Below are positions 10,995 through 19,556 of a stretch of DNA of 64,000 nt, piece by piece. The first letter of the stretch is position 1. The number at the start of each line of letters is the position of its first letter. The DNA is taken from contig OY970067.1 of the NCBI GenBank assembly GCA_963705305.1, forward strand, positions 4,192,001 to 4,256,000, written 5' to 3'. Made by a program: the position numbers and the translations under genes. Below the pieces are notes generated by a model. It was not told where the DNA came from. It did no database searches and was given only the letters and a program-made list of their open reading frames with translations. Source of the stretch: an uncultured Methylomirabilota bacterium (GTDB taxonomy: Bacteria > Methylomirabilota > Methylomirabilia > Methylomirabilales > 2-02-FULL-66-22).

Positions 10995-11047
10995 GGGGCA
11001 CCTCCTTCCGGATGCCCCGGGTGTACCACCGAACTCCCGATCCGCCT

Positions 11048-11272
11048 ATCGCGTCTCGTATCACCTTCCCGCGGCGCACTAACGGGGGCGAAGGGCCCGT
11101 GGGATCAGGGCTTGACGCCAGATCGCGTCTCGCGCCCTCATGCAGTTAGGAGGGTGTAACCCCGCGGGAACCCAGCCCGAACCGACCAGATCGCGTCTCG
11201 CGCCGTCCGGGGTGCATTCTAGGGGGCCCGAACCCCGCATGGGGGTTGCCCTTGCGCCATAATCGCGTCTCG
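11048..11272. repeat. Four copies of ATCGCGTCTCG at 68-74 bp spacing
   Basis: Copies start at 11048, 11122, 11190 and 11262. Copies 2 and 3 share 19 bp (CCAGATCGCGTCTCGCGCC). Confidence 0.9.
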
Positions 11273-11545
11273 CATCGCAGGGAGCACGCCGCGCAGGAAG
11301 CTCGCCACCTGGCGCGGGGAGACCGGCGTGGGCGCGGCCCGCGCCCGGGCCGGGTGCACGTAGTCCCGGTAGTGCGTGCGGGTCACGGCACGGTTCCGGC
11401 GGCGCCAAGCCCGACAGCTGGCGGCATGCCGCTGCTGCTGACAGGCGGGCGCCCCGCAGGTCCATTGCCGCGGCCCCAGGCGGGGATGCGGACGGAAGAG
11501 AGTCTGACAGAAGGGGCACCGTCGGCGCCGCGGAGCTCGGGGCAT
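11219..11545 (-). CDS. Small basic Cys-rich (putative Zn-binding) IS21-associated protein
   Basis: CPFCQTLFRPHPRLGPRQWTCGAPACQQQR motif. GGAGGTGA RBS before the ATG. Confidence 0.75.
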   Translation of the reverse strand: MPRAPRRRRCPFCQTLFRPHPRLGPRQWTCGAPACQQQRHAASCRAWRRRNRAVTRTHYRDYVHPARARAAPTPVSPRQVASFLRGVLPAMRDAIMAQGQPPCGVRAP

Positions 11546-11835
11546 CGATTCACCTCCCAGATGGAAGGCGACACCGTACCCGATGGGCCGGGCTTCCGCT
11601 CAGGATGGATACCGGGAGGTAAGTTGGACCGAACCTAGGCGGGCCTCTCGAGAAAGGGAACCACCGGATGAACGATCACTGACGGTGACGACTGCCGTCG
11701 TGGTGAAAGGTGACGACGTCTATGGTGTTGCGGCCACCCAGCGATGGGGGGGAAGGCGTGAGCCCTCCGGGTGGGGCTGACCGGGGGGCCTATTTGCCTT
11801 GACAACTATACAGGAAAGGCTTACGGGTAGAACCG

Positions 11836-12078
11836 ATGAGCAACGCAAAACACCAAGCCGCCTGGCGCGCCCGCCAGCGAGCCCATGGGAGCCGGCCCGT
11901 GACCCTGTGGCTCCCTTCGACGATACTCGCCCGTCTGCCACAGGTTTGCCAGTATACCAAGGCTCCGCACGCCTACACGCTGCGATGCGCGATTGACTTT
12001 GCCTTGCTCTCCAGCCGGAGGGCTCGCGACGATTACTGGCAGATGGCACGGCAGGCGTGGGAGAACCGGCAGCGGTAA
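11836..12078 (+). CDS. Small hypothetical, possible ribbon-helix-helix/antitoxin-like protein
   Basis: 80 aa. WRARQRAHGSRPVTLWLP resembles the basic-helix + beta-strand start of RHH-type proteins. Confidence 0.45.
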   Translation: MSNAKHQAAWRARQRAHGSRPVTLWLPSTILARLPQVCQYTKAPHAYTLRCAIDFALLSSRRARDDYWQMARQAWENRQR

Positions 12079-12282
12079 AGCTGATAGGGTGCGATGGCAT
12101 CCCCCCTGCGCGCCCGAGCGATTCCCGGGAAGGCTGACAGCGACTCCGGCGATGGCGGCGGAGGTGGGAGGCGAGCGCTGGCTCCGTGATTGGGGGTGTA
12201 TTTCTAGTCCCCGGTGTTACTGTGCGGAGGGGGCGATTGTGGCGGGGCCGGCGGACGGGTGCTCGGCCTTGCGGTCCGCCTC

Positions 12283-12459
12283 CTACTCTAGCAGGGCGTA
12301 CCCCGTGAAGAGCTGCCTGACCGCCCACCGCTGCCGGATGATCTGATCCTCCCTCCGGAGTGTCTGGGCGTCCTGCCGGATGTATTGCCGACCCTGCCCA
12401 TCCTGCCGGAGGCCCGGGTGATCCTGCCGGATGTCCTGTACTGCCATCAGCCCTCGCAT
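12283..12459 (-). CDS. 58-aa hypothetical with (I/L)RQD repeats
   Basis: GGGAGG RBS, then MRGLMAVQDIRQDHPGLRQDGQGRQYIRQD. DNA repeat TCCTGCCGGA at 12371, 12401 and 12422. Confidence 0.3.
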   Translation of the reverse strand: MRGLMAVQDIRQDHPGLRQDGQGRQYIRQDAQTLRREDQIIRQRWAVRQLFTGYALLE

Positions 12460-12876
12460 GGGGTGCCTCCCTTCATGGCTAACTTGCTCTACTTCCTTGG
12501 ACAGAGGAGACGGGTGAAGGGTTGAACCGCTAGGGAGCGGAAAGAAAGTCGAAGCAGGACTCTTCTGGTCTGTTATCGGGAGCCTCGGGCTCCCAGGCGA
12601 GGACGTTGCAACGAAGGTCATAGCATTTACCGAGCAACGAGCGGATGCGGAGCGCATCGCCGCAGCTCTCAATAAAATGGACCGGTCAAATCAGAGCACC
12701 GCTCGCGCTTGAGCCCATTTGAGCCAGTGCCGGCTTTCTGCTAGAATCGCCCCAGACACGGCGGGGGGTAAATAAATACGCAACCGGGAGGCCCTCGCCT
12801 TCCGGCCTCCGAGGCCCTGGGTGTGGCTCCCCGCCGTGCGCCCGGGGCTTCGCTGTTTGAAGTGGAGAAAGCGGGC

Positions 12877-13929
12877 ATGATAAGCAGAACGGTGACAGCT
12901 CTCCTCTCGGTTGGACTAGCGGGGCTGGTCGGGTGTGCCTCGGGGCCGCGGCTCGTGTGGAACAAACCTGGGGCGAGCCAGCCGGAATTTGCGCAGGACC
13001 GGTACACCTGCGAGCAGGCGAACACGGAGTCGTACAGCTACTACAGCTCCTATCTCGAATACGGCGAATCTGGCACGCGCATTAACGCGCAACGCTTCCG
13101 GAACTGCACGGAAGCGCACGGGTGGCAGCTCGTGTCGCAGCCCCCGGGCGGTTCGGGGCAGGCCGACCTCCCAACTGCCAGGATTCAAGCCGATACCAAG
13201 GCTGGCGCCCAGAAAGCTCTTTCAGAGATGGATCAACTGGCCCCCAAACCCTTCTCCTGCGATGTTGGATGGGCATCGGCACCACCCATCCAGTCTATCG
13301 CGTCTCGTTCGGCCGGCTATGTGGTCGAAGTCGCCGATTGGGCGGAAACGGCAGGATTGCGCCTCGGGGACAAGATCACCGAAATCGGCGGCACTCCAGT
13401 TATGAGTTCTCAGGAGCTAACTGAGGCCCTCGCGCGGCTCCCGGCAGGCGGGCCGCTCGTGCTCGGCGTGACCCGGCAGGGCCAGCCAGTGGCGCTTTCG
13501 CTTCCGTGCCGGTATCAGCCCGAAAGATTCGCCGCGGCGCGGCGAGCACTCGAAGCGGTGAGCCTCGGCGATTGGGACGGGTGCGTCGCTGCTGTACAGG
13601 AGTTTCGGCGGCTTTCAGGCTACGGCTATTCAGGCACCACAGCATGGGAGCATGACTGCACAAGATCCATGAATCCAATGGCGGGGTCACCTGAGTGGAG
13701 GAACCTCATCAACCTCCATTATGAATGGGCGGGGCTGCTCTTACGCGAGAGCCGCTATGTGCCGGGGGGGACGGAGGCTGTCCGAGGGATAGTCCTTCGA
13801 TTTGCGGACGATCTCAGAAAAGCGAACTTCCCCGCCTACGCTAACGATTTAGAAGCGCAACTTAATGAGGCATTGGCGGCCCCGCCCGTGGAACCGCCAG
13901 CGAGCGTGCCGCCCCCGGTCCCAAAGTGA
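12877..13929 (+). CDS. Lipoprotein with PDZ domain
   Basis: Signal peptide with lipobox LVGC. PDZ motif AETAGLRLGDKITEIGG..LGVTRQG. Confidence 0.75.
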   Translation: MISRTVTALLSVGLAGLVGCASGPRLVWNKPGASQPEFAQDRYTCEQANTESYSYYSSYLEYGESGTRINAQRFRNCTEAHGWQLVSQPPGGSGQADLPTARIQADTKAGAQKALSEMDQLAPKPFSCDVGWASAPPIQSIASRSAGYVVEVADWAETAGLRLGDKITEIGGTPVMSSQELTEALARLPAGGPLVLGVTRQGQPVALSLPCRYQPERFAAARRALEAVSLGDWDGCVAAVQEFRRLSGYGYSGTTAWEHDCTRSMNPMAGSPEWRNLINLHYEWAGLLLRESRYVPGGTEAVRGIVLRFADDLRKANFPAYANDLEAQLNEALAAPPVEPPASVPPPVPK

Positions 13930-14057
13930 GACGCTGGCGATTGGTAGAAGGCGCGGCGTAGGATTTGCTGAAATCCCCACGGCTAGGCCGGCCAGCCGAA
14001 AGCCGCCTCCCGAGCGGTTGCCGTGGGCTCCCCTTCGGGGCTCCTGCGGGAGGAGCC

Positions 14058-14897
14058 ATGCCAAAGACTATTGCAGACACCCTGGAAATGAATGACCCTC
14101 CCGTCGAATTCTGGCGGGCACTGGCTCTCGGACTACTCCGGCGTGTGGAAGCGAGAGAGCCAGGTTTCACGTCGGCGGCTGGTGTCTCGATCCTGTTAGC
14201 CGCCGAGACAGCGGAAATGCTCTTGCTTCGCAAAGACCACCTGGACGAGATACCCGATATAGTTAAGCCTCCCAAGGTTGATACGCCGGACGAGGGACCC
14301 GCAAGATATCAGAACCTCATTAGACGCTTGGGCGACCAGCTTGAGCTTGAACTGTCGAGCCTGAAGGTGGACAGAAGAAGGCTAAAGCCGGACCTCTGCC
14401 CTATTCCTAAGCATATGCTGGGGGTTCAATACCTGTGGGTTCGCTTTTGGGTTCAATCTCTGAGAGAAATCATAAAGCAGCGCGGGATTGGAGAGGCCGC
14501 ACGTGCCATCTGGCGTATCTACGGCCTGGAGCATACGGGAACCTCACTAAAAGAATGTCTTGGGCGCGCGCAGAGGGATCGCAAGTTCTTTTGGCGGTTT
14601 GCATTGTTGTATGGGGTTATCTTGAAGAATGATCTTGCCTTTCCCGACGACGAAACGATGGAGGCCATGATTCAGGCGTGCGAGTCGGAGAAGACCACCT
14701 CCGCAGAGGCAGCCCTAGAGATCCTTGAAATGATCTGCACGATCAAGGACCCGAAGACGGGTAAGGAACGATACAAACTATCCGCTGCGAAAATAAAGCA
14801 GGAAATAGCGAAGCGGGACGGCGTGGGGCGAACGGCCCGAGAAGTGAGGATCCGTTCTGCACAAAGAAAACTTTTCCCTGAGCTTCAAGCCAAGTAA
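14058..14897 (+). CDS. Hypothetical island protein (lower GC)
   Basis: 279-aa ORF with GGAGGAG RBS and atypical codon usage. No recognisable family. Confidence 0.65.
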   Translation: MPKTIADTLEMNDPPVEFWRALALGLLRRVEAREPGFTSAAGVSILLAAETAEMLLLRKDHLDEIPDIVKPPKVDTPDEGPARYQNLIRRLGDQLELELSSLKVDRRRLKPDLCPIPKHMLGVQYLWVRFWVQSLREIIKQRGIGEAARAIWRIYGLEHTGTSLKECLGRAQRDRKFFWRFALLYGVILKNDLAFPDDETMEAMIQACESEKTTSAEAALEILEMICTIKDPKTGKERYKLSAAKIKQEIAKRDGVGRTAREVRIRSAQRKLFPELQAK

Positions 14898-15100
14898 TTC
14901 TCTATCGTTTTGCGACCGCCACCCAGCCCGGAAGGGCCCCTGCTCTTGTTCGGTCGTGTTGAGGCGCACCTGGCCTAACACACCCCGGGTTGGTGAAGCA
15001 GATGCGAGGGTCCACCACGGCGAGACAGGAGACCCGGACCAAAATCTGGACTGACGAACCAAGGTGAGGCCCCGATAGCAGGTAACCCCTCGAGTTTGTA

Positions 15101-15176
15101 GGTGGCCCTGGAGGGACTCGAACCCCCGACGCAGGGCTTAGGACGCCCTCGTTCTATCCATCTGAACTACAGGGCC
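15101..15176 (-). tRNA. tRNA-Arg(CCT)
   Basis: GGCCCTG acceptor stem, anticodon arm AGGGC-GTCCTAA-GCCCT, TTCGAGT T-loop. Ends ACC with no encoded terminal A. Confidence 0.95.
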
Positions 15177-15213
15177 ACTCGCCAAACCCGCGCCCGCCCG
15201 CCCCGCCCCGGTC

Positions 15214-15735
15214 TCAATACTGGATCAGGGAGAAGATGGAGTGCGGCTGCAAGCGCGCGCGGCCGTTCAAGGCGGTCAACTCGATCAGGAAGGCCAGCTC
15301 CACGATTTGGCCGCCGAGTTGCTGCACGAGGTTCACCGTGGCGGAGATGGTGCCGCCCGTGGCCAGCAGATCATCCGACACGAGGACGCGCTGGCCGGGC
15401 TTGATCGCATCCTGGTGGATTTCCAGCGAGTCGGTGCCGTACTCCAGGTCGTACGTGGTCCGGTGGGTCTTGTACGGCAGCTTCCCTGCCTTTCGAACGA
15501 GCACGTTTCCCGCACCCAGCTTGTAGGCCAGCGCCGCCCCCATGATGAAGCCGCGGGCCTCCACCCCCACCACCACGTCGATCCGCTGCTTCAGGTATCG
15601 CTCTCCGATGGCGTCGATGGCCTGGCGGAACGTTGACCCGTCGGACAGGAGCGGGGTGATGTCGCGAAATAAAATGCCCGCTCTCGGGAAGTCCGGGATG
15701 TCCCGGATCCGCCGTCTCAGCTCCTCGATCCCCAC
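15214..15735 (-). CDS. apt: Adenine phosphoribosyltransferase
   Basis: IRDIPDFP, EARGF, YDLEYG, DDLLATGGT. Confidence 0.97.
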   Translation of the reverse strand: MGIEELRRRIRDIPDFPRAGILFRDITPLLSDGSTFRQAIDAIGERYLKQRIDVVVGVEARGFIMGAALAYKLGAGNVLVRKAGKLPYKTHRTTYDLEYGTDSLEIHQDAIKPGQRVLVSDDLLATGGTISATVNLVQQLGGQIVELAFLIELTALNGRARLQPHSIFSLIQY

Positions 15736-15749
15736 GCCGCGGCCTCCCT

Positions 15750-16064
15750 TCACATGGTGCGCTCGATGCGGAATGTGTCGTATTCTCCGGTCGGGGCGGC
15801 CCACCGGAATTGAACATCTCGAACGTATCCGGCCCCGGGGCCCCGCCGCACATCCGCCAGGAACTGCTCGAGAAGGTTCCGAGGGCCCTCCGCATAGGCG
15901 CGCACAGACCCGTCGCGCACGTTCATCACATAACCGACGACCCCCAGACGCCGGGCGAGCTCGTGGGTGAAATACCGGAACCCGACCCCTTGAACCCGCC
16001 CGGACAATCGCACCTCCAGAGCCGCCAGCTCCGGCTCGCCGGCAAGGTTCGAATCATCTGGCAT
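15750..16064 (-). CDS. acyP: Acylphosphatase
   Basis: SGRVQGVGFR and GYVMNVRDGSV signatures. Confidence 0.95.
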   Translation of the reverse strand: MPDDSNLAGEPELAALEVRLSGRVQGVGFRYFTHELARRLGVVGYVMNVRDGSVRAYAEGPRNLLEQFLADVRRGPGAGYVRDVQFRWAAPTGEYDTFRIERTM

Positions 16065-16170
16065 GCCGACGCTTCCTCCGGACGCCTCTCGACGCACCGC
16101 ACCCCTTTCTCGATCGAATCCGCGGACTATTACCCTATTTCTCCCGCCTTGTCAATGTCTCGCGGCCTAG

Positions 16171-17690
16171 CCCTAATCTCCGGCTAAGAAGTTGAGGGGG
16201 ATCGCGAATCACGCAGCGGCCCGCAGTGCGCGCGGCCCGCGGGGTTGGCATCGGCCTTGCTTGGTTTCACCCAGTGGGTGCAAACACCACAAGGAGGAGA
16301 GCGATGCCCGACACCTCGCCCCGGTTGCCGTTCGAGATCGATGACGCGATCGACCCCACGCTGGTCACGGGCCGGGCCGGGGTCCCGCTCGTGATCGAGC
16401 TGTTCCGCCAGCTCGGGGTGGCCCAGGCCGTCGACACCCACGTTGCGGTCAAGCAGCGGCAGCGCGGATTACCCCCCTCGCAGCTCGTGGAGAGTCTCGT
16501 CGCGTTGTGGACGAGCGGCGGGGACCGCTGCCAGGACCTCACGACGCTCCGGGAGGATCAGGCCCTGGCCACGCTGCTCGGCTACCCCCTGCCGGCCGCG
16601 ACCACGGTCCGGGACTTCCTCGAGGCCTTCCACGTGGAGGACGGGCCGCTCTGGGTGGCCGGGCCCGCGGCCACGGTCCCCCTGGAGTCCGCCCCCTTGG
16701 CGGGCCTCGGACAGGCGAACCGGACGCTGGTCGCGGGCGTCCAGCGCGGGGCCCGGGCGGCGACGGCCACCCTGGATGTGGACGCGACGCTCGTCGAGAG
16801 CCACAAGGACGCGGCGACCGTGGCCTACGACGGGACCCGGGGCTACCAGCCCGTCGTGGTCCTCTGGGCCGAGCACGATGTCATCGTGCACGACCAGTTC
16901 CGCGATGGCCAGGTGCCCGCCGGGTGCGGCAACGTGCGCGTCCTCGAACAGGCGGTGGCCAACTTGCCCCAGGGCGTGGACCGCATCTCCCTGCGGGCCG
17001 ACAGCGCCCTCTACGAGACGGAGGTCCTCCGCTGGTGCGAGGAGAAGAAAATCGCCTACGCGATTAGCGCCGATATGTCCGCGCAGCTCCAGGCCGAGAT
17101 CCGGCGCCTCCCCGCGGCCGCCTGGCAGCTCGAGCGGGAGGAGCCCGAGGCGATCCGGGCCTGGGCCGAAGTCCCCTACGTCCCCGAGGATGGCGATCAC
17201 CGGAAGGCGCGGCCGTGCGTTCGCCGCTACCTCGCGGTGCGTATCCAGCGACGCCAGGGGAGCCTCTTCGCCGACGGGAGTAGCGTGCAGTACTTCGCCG
17301 TGGTCACCAATCGGCCGGAGGATGGGCTCACGATCCTCCGGTGGCACCGGGAGAAAGCAGGGACCATCGAGCACACCCATCACGTCCTCAAGACCGAGCT
17401 GGCGGCCGCCGCGCTGCCCAGTGGGAAGTTCGGGGCGAACGCCGCCTGGTTCCGGCTGAACGTGCTCACCTACAACCTGCTCACCGCGCTCAAGCGGTTG
17501 ACCTTACCCGGAGATCTCCGGACCGCCCGGCCGAAGCGTCTCCGGTTCCTGCTGTTCAACACCGTCGGGAAGGTCGTCGCGCATGCCCGACGGACGCTCT
17601 TGCGGCTCTCGGGCGCCCTGCAGCACGCCTTGCTCGTCCGGGCGCGGCGCAAGATCGCCCGGCTGGCCACCGCTTAGCCGGAGATTAGGG
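16171..17690 (+). mobile_element. IS1380-family element
   Basis: Perfect 18-bp inverted repeat CCCTAATCTCCGGCTAAG. Target duplication GCCTAG at 16165-16170 and 17691-17696. Confidence 0.93.
16304..17677 (+). CDS. IS1380-family DDE transposase
   Basis: TLDVDAT, GYQP, LRADSA, IEHTHHVLK, LPSGKFGANAAW. The stop codon lies inside the right inverted repeat. Confidence 0.92.
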   Translation: MPDTSPRLPFEIDDAIDPTLVTGRAGVPLVIELFRQLGVAQAVDTHVAVKQRQRGLPPSQLVESLVALWTSGGDRCQDLTTLREDQALATLLGYPLPAATTVRDFLEAFHVEDGPLWVAGPAATVPLESAPLAGLGQANRTLVAGVQRGARAATATLDVDATLVESHKDAATVAYDGTRGYQPVVVLWAEHDVIVHDQFRDGQVPAGCGNVRVLEQAVANLPQGVDRISLRADSALYETEVLRWCEEKKIAYAISADMSAQLQAEIRRLPAAAWQLEREEPEAIRAWAEVPYVPEDGDHRKARPCVRRYLAVRIQRRQGSLFADGSSVQYFAVVTNRPEDGLTILRWHREKAGTIEHTHHVLKTELAAAALPSGKFGANAAWFRLNVLTYNLLTALKRLTLPGDLRTARPKRLRFLLFNTVGKVVAHARRTLLRLSGALQHALLVRARRKIARLATA

Positions 17691-17709
17691 GCCTAGAGTG
17701 CCTCGCGGC

Positions 17710-18573
17710 CTAGAGCGAATCGCGCGATTGCACCACCCGTCGCACGAAGGTCTCGGCGGCCTCTTCGGGCGGGGACAGCTCCTTGCCGTGATCGACCAGG
17801 TAATGTTGATGATCCAGAACCCAGAGGTAGAGGTCCCCCGCCGTTCGCCCCGGGAACTCCTTGAGAATATCCTGGCTCTGAATGACCCGGAGGATCGGCA
17901 GATACACCGTGTCGTGCCAGTGGGTGACCGCCTCTTCCTCCGAGATATCGCGCTGTTGATCCAGCCCCATAAAGTATCGGTGCACCGCGATGTGCTCCAG
18001 CAGCCGGCTGTAGCCGTCGGGAACGGTCAGCTCGATGTCGGCATCCGGCCGCAATCGGTCCAGTCCGGTGCGCTCCAGGAAGTCGACCCTAGCCCCCAGG
18101 ATCTCAAGATCTTCCGGGCGCAGATCGAGACCGACGGGGACTTTGACGTGGCATTCCCGGACCTCCGCCTCGATGAACTCCTGGCCCTGCTGCCTGGCCA
18201 CGGATACCCGGTGGTGGCCATCCACCACGAAGTACACTTCCCCCACCTTATAGAGGACGACCGGCGGCAGGCTGATCTCTTCGTAGAACGCCCGGTCGAT
18301 GCCCTGCCATCGAGCGGCCAGACGGTTGTGCGATGGCAAGAACGCCCGATCGAAATCGCGATAGCGGTTCACACTGCCCACGATGCGGGCGATCTCGACG
18401 GTCTGCACCCCCCGATAAATGGGGCCGCCGATCCGCAGCTTCTCCTTGACCTGATCGTACGACAGCAGGGCGTTGCGCCGTCTCGAGAAAAGCGCCAGCA
18501 TATCCCGCAGGAAGACTTTTGTGCGGGCCTTGCTGAAATCGGCCTGCACCCGGACCGCGATATCATCGAGCAT
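17710..18573 (-). CDS. ParB/sulfiredoxin-like N-terminal domain protein (DUF4032-like C-terminus)
   Basis: IVGSVNRYRDFDRAFLP, LPPVVLYKVGEVYFVVDGHHRVSV, LLEHIAVHRY, DLYLWV. Confidence 0.85.
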   Translation of the reverse strand: MLDDIAVRVQADFSKARTKVFLRDMLALFSRRRNALLSYDQVKEKLRIGGPIYRGVQTVEIARIVGSVNRYRDFDRAFLPSHNRLAARWQGIDRAFYEEISLPPVVLYKVGEVYFVVDGHHRVSVARQQGQEFIEAEVRECHVKVPVGLDLRPEDLEILGARVDFLERTGLDRLRPDADIELTVPDGYSRLLEHIAVHRYFMGLDQQRDISEEEAVTHWHDTVYLPILRVIQSQDILKEFPGRTAGDLYLWVLDHQHYLVDHGKELSPPEEAAETFVRRVVQSRDSL

Positions 18574-19216
18574 CGGCTTCCTCGAGGTCGATCACGCGGT
18601 AGGGGCACACGTTCAGGACGATCGTGGAGCCGATCTGCGTGCTCGTGACCGTATCCCGTCTCCACACATGCGAATGGCCGTGCAGCAGGAAGCGGGGGCG
18701 GTACCGCCTGATGAATCGATTGAAGCTCTGGAACCCCACGTGGGCGGGATCCGTCCCGTCGTGGATGCCCAGCGGGGGGGAATGGGTCACCAGGACATCC
18801 AGAAAGCGTCCCCACCGGACGCGGTTCCAGAGCAGCCGCGGGGTGAGTCCGGCCATCTGGACCGCCATCTCCATCTGGGTGTGCTGGTTCACGCCATCCG
18901 GACGGTAGCGGATGCTCCCCCCCATGCCCGCGAAGATCAGACCCTGCTCGCGCACGACCCGCCGGTCGATGTTGCCCGAGCCCCGCGCGATATGCGTGCA
19001 CTGGGCGGGGTCGGCGTCGAGGGAGAGATGGGGCGGAAGATCGTGATTGCCCGGAACATGGATCAGGGGGACATTCAGCATCGAGACCACGTACTCCAGG
19101 TAATAGTAGGGCAAATCTCCGCAGCCCACCACCAGGCTCACGTCGCCAAAGCGCTCTGTGACCGTCGGGCTGTAGATCTGCTCCACGACTTGATCGCTGA
19201 TCGCCAGGATTCTCAT
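18563..19216 (-). CDS. Calcineurin-like metallophosphoesterase
   Basis: AISD, GCGDL, VPGNHD, VTHSPP, LHGHSH. Confidence 0.92.
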   Translation of the reverse strand: MRILAISDQVVEQIYSPTVTERFGDVSLVVGCGDLPYYYLEYVVSMLNVPLIHVPGNHDLPPHLSLDADPAQCTHIARGSGNIDRRVVREQGLIFAGMGGSIRYRPDGVNQHTQMEMAVQMAGLTPRLLWNRVRWGRFLDVLVTHSPPLGIHDGTDPAHVGFQSFNRFIRRYRPRFLLHGHSHVWRRDTVTSTQIGSTIVLNVCPYRVIDLEEADAR

Positions 19217-19279
19217 AGGATGCCGTCGCCGAATTTCGTCGCCGCGACCGCCGGGTGACAATCCGGAGACCGCTTCTGT

Positions 19280-19358
19280 CAGGCTGCTCAAAAAGGCCCA
19301 GATGCAAGGCGCCGCGGGAGCGCGGCAACGCCGCAGATGGGTCTTTTCCAACAGCCTG
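19280..19358. repeat. MITE/REP-like element, short copy A
   Basis: CAGGCTGCTCAAAAAGGCCCAGATGCAAGGCG...CAGATGGGTCTTTTCCAACAGCCTG inverted ends. Confidence 0.85.
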
Positions 19359-19364
19359 GAGAAG

Positions 19365-19401
19365 GACAAAGGCCTCAGCGGGCTTCGCTGAGGCCTTTGT
19401 C
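19365..19401 (-). terminator. Hairpin downstream of tRNA-Pro(CGG)
   Basis: 16-bp perfect stem GACAAAGGCCTCAGCG / CGCTGAGGCCTTTGTC. Confidence 0.7.
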
Positions 19402-19414
19402 GTCGGCACGAGTG

Positions 19415-19492
<78 letters not shown>

Positions 19493-19556
19493 CTTTCGAA
19501 TCCAATATTTCGTGGCGGCCACGCGGAGTGCCTGCCTCGATCTCGCTGAAGAAACG

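Larger units (their letters stand above)
6054..11545 (-). mobile_element. IS21-family element #2 (Cys-rich orf + motif array + istA + istB), interrupted by IS21 #3; true ends unresolved (tentatively 3171 and 11740)
   Basis: Co-oriented orf, istA halves and istB. A weak imperfect inverted repeat exists (TGTGTGGTAGC...GAGATCGTC vs TGGGTGGCCGC...GACGTCGTC) but no target duplication was found. Confidence 0.75.
2816..15144. mobile_element. Genomic island integrated in tRNA-Arg(CCT), no integrase visible
   Basis: Flanked by 44-bp direct repeats. Contains three IS21 elements and lower-GC hypothetical genes. Confidence 0.9.

Noticed and set aside
11048..11272. CRISPR array
   Set aside because: The repeat core is only 11-19 bp, the intervening segments are 57-63 bp and partly similar to each other, and there are no cas genes. 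Kept as a non-CRISPR array.
14900..15100. Integrase remnant next to the tRNA
   Set aside because: No R-H-R-Y tyrosine recombinase or serine recombinase motif was recognisable by eye.
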